The position numbers were made by a program, and so were the translations under genes. A DNA stretch of 26,165 nt from Anthoceros angustus. Lineage: Eukaryota; Plantae; Anthocerotophyta. The stretch covers positions 1 to 26,165 of the forward strand of contig VJWM01000380.1 in the NCBI GenBank assembly GCA_010909165.1, in the 5' to 3' direction. This document shows positions 20,101 through 26,165 of the stretch, piece after piece; position 1 is the stretch's first letter, and every line of letters starts with the position of its first letter. The notes beneath the pieces are model-generated. The model was not told where the DNA came from, searched no databases, and was given only the letters and a program-made list of their open reading frames with translations.

Positions 20101-22805
20101 ATCTACCGTCAGGATGCATATTTTTCTTTAAGTTCTTTGTGTTCTTCCCGTAGGCTGCACATAGTGCTGATACTTTAATCCCAAATTCTGGAAACGGGGG
20201 CGATAGGGTGACCTCAACAGATCACTGGGTCACCTTACTTCGAGTACAACAAACAGGGCCCTGGAGCATGCAGGCCATGCAAGTTGATGCGGTACGTGTC
20301 CACTTTTGGCTGGGTATCCCTCCAGAATTTAGGGTTTACATCTTTGAAGCAGGAGCAAGATCTCATAACAAAAGCTCATTCGGGACCATAACAGCCCTGT
20401 GCAGACATCATTGGCAGGTTCTTGAACCTGTGTGCTTGTGCTTGTGGTCTGAGCTGCAGATTGAAGGATGTGTCAATTATGATTGTCTGGGGCACAAGTC
20501 CTACGAGCAACACTGACATTCAGGTGATCTGAAGGCTCTCATGATTGCTGTGGTCTGCAGGTAGCAACATCTTTAAATTCAGGAGAGTGCTTTGTTCTTG
20601 CCACGGAGGCTTTGTTGTTCCTCTGGTACGGCAGCTCGACAAGCCCGGCAGAGCAAAAATGGCACTCCAAGTTGCAGAGAAATTTAAGGTACAAGTGGCA
20701 ATCACGTGTTCTACATGCCTGGCCAGAATTTTGCATGCTCTTGTGTGATTTGAATGTCGTGACTATGAAACTAGAACTACTAACAGAGAATGGGGACCCC
20801 ATCAGCACCAATAACCATTGACAGTTGTCCTTGAGCAGCCTGGTTTCCTGTGAAGGCATTAAAAGAAGGTGTAGAATCGACAGCTTTTGGAATGCACTTG
20901 GGGCAAAGAGGTTATGGTACTCCAAAACCAAAACGCGCCTAAAAGGATCCTCGCATGTTTGGTCATGTACATGGAAAAGGTTTCTGATCATCGATTTTTG
21001 AACGCACTCTCAAGCTGTGATTGTTCAGCACACGTAGCAGCTCGTCAAATTAATATTGTCGTTTTATGCACTTGCATACAGACATTCTCGTTTTTAGTCA
21101 ATTAGCTGTGTCCACTTTAATTTGCCTAATCAGCTCTACGTATTGTTTGGACTGTGTCAAGATGCAGGAGAACGTAAGTGGATCTCCTACTTTGTGGCAG
21201 ACTATCGTTTGTCTTGAGTTCATCATGTTTATGCAGGTCTTGATGTCGTGCCGTGTTTGGCAGTTTAAGGAAGTCTTTAACTTCGATCAGGATGACTTGT
21301 TGAGTGATGACATAGTAATTTTGGACACTTCCTTGGAAGTTTTGTGTGGGTAGGTCAGCAATGTACGCGACAGCAGAACCGATGCGCTCAGCCTTGGCCA
21401 GGTGCTTGCTTGATAACGTACATCAGCTCCAGCATGAAAGAGATTGTATATATCAATGTACTGGGTGATATATTCCACTGTTGGCCTGCAGGCATATATT
21501 AATCATGCTGCTGTAACTGAAGGATTGCCGCCATTAATGCCACTGTATCAAGTGTTACAAGGATACGAGCCATCATTCTTCACTAGATGGTTTTCCTGGG
21601 ATACGGCAAAAGCTATTGTAAGAGTTGTTGATGGAAATACACAATTCAACATAAGAGAAGCTTGGGAGCTGAGAAGACTAACTCCCAAAGAATGCGATGC
21701 AGCCTCTTTCTGATCTCTACGAACAGAAGTTAGCCTTTACTCAGGGGCGACGCCTCAATCAAGACACGGAGGTCTCTCTGTCATTGCTGGTGTCCCTTAT
21801 TGTTTTACGTCTTCTGTAGAGCTGTAGGTGTATTAACAGATCTTACATCGACTTGCTTTACAGGGCCTGAAGCGAAGGGTGCCTGGCCACACAGTTTCTC
21901 CAGTTAGGGTTCTGGATCCGACTTCAGACTCAACTTTGGATTCTACTGATAGGGGTGCATCTGTTGCGCTCAAGACACAAGCTGGGATGGAAAACAAATT
22001 GCACAAATCGAAAGTGGAAGGAGGATCCACACAGAGGCCGCAGCCATGGCTGCACTGTCGCATGTGGAACTCTCCAGTGGCTGGGATGTGTCATCAAGCG
22101 CTTCGAGCAAAACTGTCACTGCTCTGAAACAGTCTCCAGGGGCGGAACCATCTGGACAGACAGTTGCTTCACGTCTGGATGGTTCCATCATGAGACCTGC
22201 ATCACAACGAGCAGCTGCTCTAGCAGCACTCTCATCTGTGCTTGAGACACCTCCAAATCTGCGGCCTCACAATGGTCCGGGTGAGGTTGCCTGTCCTAGC
22301 TGTTTTGTTGTTGTTGTCGTTTAGAGACTGTCTCTGATGTGCTTTTCATTACTGCAGAAGGTAACTGGGTGGCTTTGTCCTCTCCAAGTCAAAAAGTTCA
22401 TGTCTTGGATCAGTCTGACATCAGCCCCGAGTATGAGACAGTTGTGTCTGAAGAATTTGAAGAAATTGTGAATGAGGATGTTCCTGGCGATGTTTTCCAT
22501 TTAGTGCCTGAAAATTGGCTCACTGTATCCTGTTGGTTCCATCGATGCGACAAGGAGAGAGGTCTACTTCTTCCCTTCCCACTGTACAATTGAATGTTGT
22601 GAATGAGTACATGATCAGGAATTCTCTCTCGTCTGTCACTCATTGGATATCATGTTTCCATGCCTATGCTGATGCATGTCTCTTTGTACAGTCATACTTG
22701 AGCAGTGTTGAGTTTGAAAAGCTCTTCGGGATGGACAAGCAGCAGTTTGCTCAACTTCCAAAGTGGAAGCAGATGGCTTTGAAGAAGAAGCTGGATCTTT
22801 TCTAA
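17198..22805 (+). CDS. VLN: Villin (gelsolin repeats, linker and headpiece; actin-binding); ~22 coding exons; frame broken by small deletions in this sequence
   Basis: Exons: 17198-17253, 17475-17574, 17646-17714, 17823-18059, 18150-18327, 18414-18545, 18677-18839, 18918-19068, 19188-19276, 19527-19684, 19801-19865, 19973-20041, 20154-20291, 20561-20688, 20839-20979, 21168-21173, 21264-21401, 21492-21617, 21703-21771, 21864-22280, 22358-22561, 22692-22805. Motifs: [75 protein letters not shown], and headpiece [26 protein letters not shown]. Confidence 0.93.
17254..17474 (+). other. U12-type (minor spliceosome) GT-AG intron, villin intron 1
   Basis: Donor GTATCCTC matches RTATCCT. TCTTAAT at 17453-17459 resembles the U12 branch site ~16 nt from the acceptor. 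No polypyrimidine tract (tctgatggataaag). Phase 2. Confidence 0.75.
18060..18149 (+). other. GC-AG intron (villin intron 4)
   Basis: CAG|GCAAGT donor; removing it joins RVRVKQ to [10 protein letters not shown] in frame. Confidence 0.8.
18840..18917 (+). other. GC-AG intron (villin intron 7)
   Basis: GAG|GCAAGC donor; removing it joins KAASVQAE to [14 protein letters not shown] in frame. Confidence 0.7.
21168..21173 (+). other. Villin microexon (6 nt as written, probably longer in reality)
   Basis: TGCAG|GAGAAC|GTAAGT between the DPRMF..GK exon (phase 1 end) and the [11 protein letters not shown] exon (phase 0 start). Confidence 0.65.
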
Positions 22806-23225
22806 GCATCTTCCTTATTGGAATGACCACGTCGAATTGTGTGCCTTACATAGTCATGCCTTTGTTGCATTCTGGATCGCTTCCAACCATGGAGCTTCCA
22901 TTGCACACTATCGCGACAAGATGTAAGGGCATTTGGTTGTTTAGAATCTGGTGGCTTGTGAGCGCACCAGATTGACTTGATTGTTCTAGCTATTTCCAAT
23001 TCAGGGCCCTTCCAAAGGTTTGTGCGTGGAGTTCTAATATTCAGGTACATCCCACCTCGATCTTTCGCTTACCAACCTGATTGTCAATGAAATCTTCTTC
23101 GATTTTGCAAATGTAAGGCGCCTCCGTTCAAATGAAAGGTCGGAACGCTCACATGTACCTCTCGAAGATGAAGGCCTCAAGGCCTCGAGAAAACCCGGAA
23201 GATGGGTTCTATGTACCGAAGAAGG

Positions 23226-23312
23226 CAAGGAAGACGGGGTCCAAGAATATTGCTCCAGGTTTGGGAAGGCCTCAAGGAAGACAAGGTCTAAGAATATCGC
23301 TCCGGGTTTGGG
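23226..23312. repeat. Two ~40-bp direct repeats, 47-bp period
   Basis: caaggaagacggggtccaagaatattgctccaggtttggg and caaggaagacaaggtctaagaatatcgctccgggtttggg (5 mismatches). Confidence 0.85.
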
Positions 23313-23320
23313 TTACACGA

Positions 23321-23836
23321 AGAGGGGTAATGGGGAAGCAGAAGAGAGAGAGAGGGGTAATGGGGAAGCAGAAGAGAGAGAGAGGGGTAATGGGGAAGCA
23401 GAAGAGAGAGAGAGGGGTAATGGGGAAGGTAAGAGAGAGAGAGGTAATGGGGAAGTGAAGAGAGAGAGGGGTAATGGGGAAGGTAAGAGAGAGAGAGGGG
23501 TAATGGGGAAGCAGAAGAGAGAGAGAGCGGTAATGGGGAAGCAGAAGAGAGAGAGAGGGGTAATGGGGAAGCAGAAGAGAGAGAGAGGGGTAATGGGGAA
23601 GTAGAAGAGAGGGAGAGGGGTAATTGGGAAGTAGAAGAGGGAGAGGGGTAATTGGGAAGCAGAAGAGGGAGAGGGGTAACGGTAAGAAAAGAGAGAGAGA
23701 GTAGAGAGAACGTGGAGGGAAAGCCATAGAGGAGTAACGAGGAAGCAGAAGAGGGAGAGGGGTAATCAAGGTAAGATGAGAGGGGTAACGGTAAGCAGAA
23801 GAGAGAGTAGAGAGAACGTGAGGAAAGCCGCAGAGG
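23321..23836. repeat. 30-bp purine-rich minisatellite (AGAGGGGTAATGGGGAAGCAGAAGAGAGAG), ~12 good copies plus a degenerate tail
   Basis: The first three units are identical and later ones drift. The tail has a duplicated gagagagtagagagaacgtg..gaaagcc..agagg block (~23695 and ~23800). Confidence 0.97.
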
Positions 23837-23839
23837 TAT

Positions 23840-24856
23840 GATGATGCCTGCATTCTGCCTTCCCTTGATCGCCTGCGCCGATCCCGTGACGAGTTAGCTT
23901 GGTGCCTCTTGCTTCTCCCTGTGGTGTCTTGTACTAGGGGTGGGGCTCGGCACGGAAGTTGCTAGCTGCCTTTCGGCTGGCCGGGTGGATCGCCATCCCT
24001 CCGTGGGAGGCTTTGCGACCGCCAAGGCTCCGGAATCAGACAGCTTGAACAGTCCTGTGTAATGCAACAAACCTGTGTTGCAAGTTGCTTAGCCAGCGAA
24101 TATGTTTGCCAGGCTCTTCGACCCTTCCCCAGCCCTCGCCTCAAGAGACCATTGCTGCCCTCCATACCTCCATCTAGCACCATGATGCCATCCCCACATA
24201 TCCAACTATATCCCTGAGGATCCTTCTCCCTATCGATTTTGCTCTAGCACTCTCTACAACCCCACATCTTCATCCTCCGAAGTTATCGTGAATGGTGTTT
24301 GAACACCTGTGGACCTTTTTTCATCCCAAGATCCATTTAGTGGCTCCCCATAGCTCTTTATCCGCCGCGGTGGCCTGTGGGTGAGATGCCTCACCGGATT
24401 TCCCATGTTCTAGTAGCGTGCTTGTCGCTATGGACAAGCGCCTTAAGCTTGGGCGCCCATCAAGGGGGAAGCCGCCATGCGGCTTCTCACCGCATATTGC
24501 CCTTCAGCCGCCGGTCCTTCTCCAGCACCTCAACCCCTTCAATTACATTGCCACTCGAGCACCACACAGTGGTGCTTGAGGAAGGTATGTATTTGATACC
24601 CACCCGAGTGGGTGGTCTTACAGTTGATGTCGAGAATGCCTTCAATACTATTTCTAGGAGCGTCATCTTCAAGGAGCTTAGGATGTCAAGGCGTCTTGAG
24701 GAACCTTATACCTTTTGTCCGGTCTTCTACGGAGGTCTTCCAACCTCTACTACAAGCACAAGAACGCCTCTTCGTGATTTACTATCTCTGTCTTGAATCG
24801 GCCACATGTACCAGTGCATGCACCCACAGCGGCTCTTCGCCATTGCTCACTATAGG
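23840..24856 (+). mobile_element. Degraded CRE-like (early-branching, RLE-type) non-LTR retrotransposon ORF: pre-RT region and RT domains up to just past the QGDP region
   Basis: Frame-corrected fragments occur in the expected order: DELAWCL.LLLP.WC; ETIAALH; GMVFEHL..F.PQDPFSG; GEMPHRISHVL..SVLVAMDK..RPI.GEA..RL; QHLNP; DTHPEWVVLQ.DVENAFNTISR..IFKELR; LEELIPFVRSFYG; ES.T.T...DP..G.LFAIAHYR. This matches my recollection of CRE/SLACS-type RTs; a search is needed to confirm the clade. Confidence 0.72.
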
Positions 24857-25690
24857 ACACCTCTACCACTCATGTAGGTTACCTTTTCCTCACCGGTTGT
24901 TTTGACCGCTTTTTTCCCATCTCCTGGTCTTGACATGGTCCTACAACTCCGCTCAAAAGGAGCAAAAATTTCCTTGCATGTCTTCACCAAACCATTTCTA
25001 GCAAAGAGTGTGGGCTGTTCAAACGAACTCATTTAAGCTAGTTGCCCAAACTTTTGCGTTCCACATACTCCCCTCCTCACTGTTTGCGTCCTCGCAAACA
25101 ACAGATACCTCGGGCTGAAGGTACTTCTTAACCTTCCACCCATTCACTCTAGTTGGCAACAAATCCCCATCCACTGCGTAATTGCGGATCCATTCTCATA
25201 CGCCACCACCTCATAAGGTCCCATCCATCTCAATCTAAGCTTCCTGGGAAGTCCATATAGCGGCTATCATATAGAAGAACCAAATCCCCGGCCATGATAG
25301 CTTCTTGCTTCCTCAACTTCCCATCATGCCTATCCTTTCTAAGCTCCTGAATTCGCTGAGTTTCTTCTAAAGCATCTTCCCTCGTTCCTCATGCTCTATG
25401 AAAGATTCTAGTCTAGCTACACTCTATCTCTCGCTCATCCTCCATGATTCTATAGGTAGGTACTTCAAATTCAACTGGCATCACAGGAGACATGCCATAT
25501 GTTAAATAATAAGGGGTCTTCTTGGTTGTCACCTTCTCTGCTGTCCTGTAAGCCCATAGCACTGAATGTAGCTTAGTGTCCCAATCATACATGTGAGTCA
25601 CAGTTACCTTGGTCAAGATTGTACACAGCCCATTCGTTTTCTCCGTCAAACCATTCGCGCAGGGGTGGAATGGAGCAGATTTGCGGTCGG
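24853..25690 (-). mobile_element. pol: Internal Ty3/Gypsy fragment: integrase core/C-terminus (25690-25033) plus start of the post-pol module
   Basis: RKSAPFHPCANGLTEKTNG..TILTKVT..DWDTKLHSVLWAYRTAEKVTTKKTPYYLTYGMSPVMPVEFEVPTYR..GKLRLRWMGPYEVV..VNGWKVKKYLQ..KFGQLA* (stop at 25033-25035). 24860-25062 matches 1230-1455 and 8710-8925. Confidence 0.9.
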
Positions 25691-26165
25691 GAAGTTAGAT
25701 CCGTGGTAGTTGGATAAGGCGAGGGGAGTAGTAGTTGAGTAGATAGGTGTAAGGAGTGGTAGCGGTCCAGTCACTTAGGCAAAGGTTGGTAGTGATAGAA
25801 GATAGCGTCTTTTGGCACAAACCATTCCCTTGGGAGCGAATCCCGGGACTACAGCGACATTGAGGGTAATGTGGACCTCCGTTGCCACAACACGCAGTTC
25901 AACCCACAGCACACCAAGTGCACACTTTGCCGCAAGTGACGCAAAGTGTGCACACGCTCAAGTTTGGGGCCGGAGTGGGCATGGTGGACAAGCGGGTAAC
26001 ACAGAGCACGCATCTTTGGCGGTGTTTAAGCATGGGACAAGGAGGCAACCTTTGAGGGCGGTGGCGGCGATTGCAAGAAGGAAAGTGGAATCGTGGAAGG
26101 GCGGACAAGCGGCAGCGTGAAAGGCCGACCGCCTGAGCACTTGATCTCGAATGGCGCAATCAATT
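25690..26165 (+). other. ORF-X family region (inverted homologue of 4270-4580), running off the window
   Basis: MAQTIPLG N-terminus shared with the 4446 copy. gctcaagtttggggccggag resembles gcgcaagttgggccaggag in copy A. Confidence 0.5.

Noticed and set aside
20298-20316. In-frame VHFWLG echo of exon 3 at the start of villin intron 13 (15/17 nt match)
   Set aside because: Too short to exclude chance. A good GT donor at 20292 and acceptor at 20560 give the expected villin sequence without it.
22030-22245. Two QR(A)AA[M/L]AALS motifs in the villin linker as a novel duplication
   Set aside because: As I recall, paired motifs of this kind occur in other plant villin linkers, so this is ordinary family structure.
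23272-23853. 193-aa minus ORF and 98/108-aa plus ORFs with repeated peptides
   Set aside because: These are translations of the stop-free 30-bp minisatellite; there is no independent coding evidence.

Overview
Eukaryotic land-plant genomic DNA. Short introns and a CRE-like non-LTR element suggest a non-seed plant such as a lycophyte, fern or bryophyte (inference only). Layout: (i) 1-13140 is a nest of degraded Ty3/Gypsy (non-chromovirus, Athila/Tat-like) LTR-retrotransposon pieces, with gag, integrase and probable RNase H remnants on the minus strand; (ii) 14090-16549 is a 9-exon ADP-glucose pyrophosphorylase small-subunit gene (+); (iii) 17198-22805 is a ~22-exon villin gene (+) with a U12-type first intron, two GC-AG introns and a microexon; (iv) 23226-24856 holds a purine-rich 30-bp minisatellite followed by a degraded CRE-like non-LTR retrotransposon ORF (+); (v) 24853-26165 is another Gypsy internal fragment. 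Both host genes carry many small deletions but keep their splice sites and catalytic residues, which most likely reflects an unpolished long-read consensus rather than true pseudogenes. The most unusual structure is a recurring Gypsy module just downstream of pol: about 10 copies of the palindrome CTCCTACCATGGTAGGAG, then a palindromic TATA, then an uncharacterised basic extra-ORF family. It could be a TE-encoded regulatory or anti-silencing module, but that function is a hypothesis. LTR boundaries and target-site duplications could not be resolved by eye.
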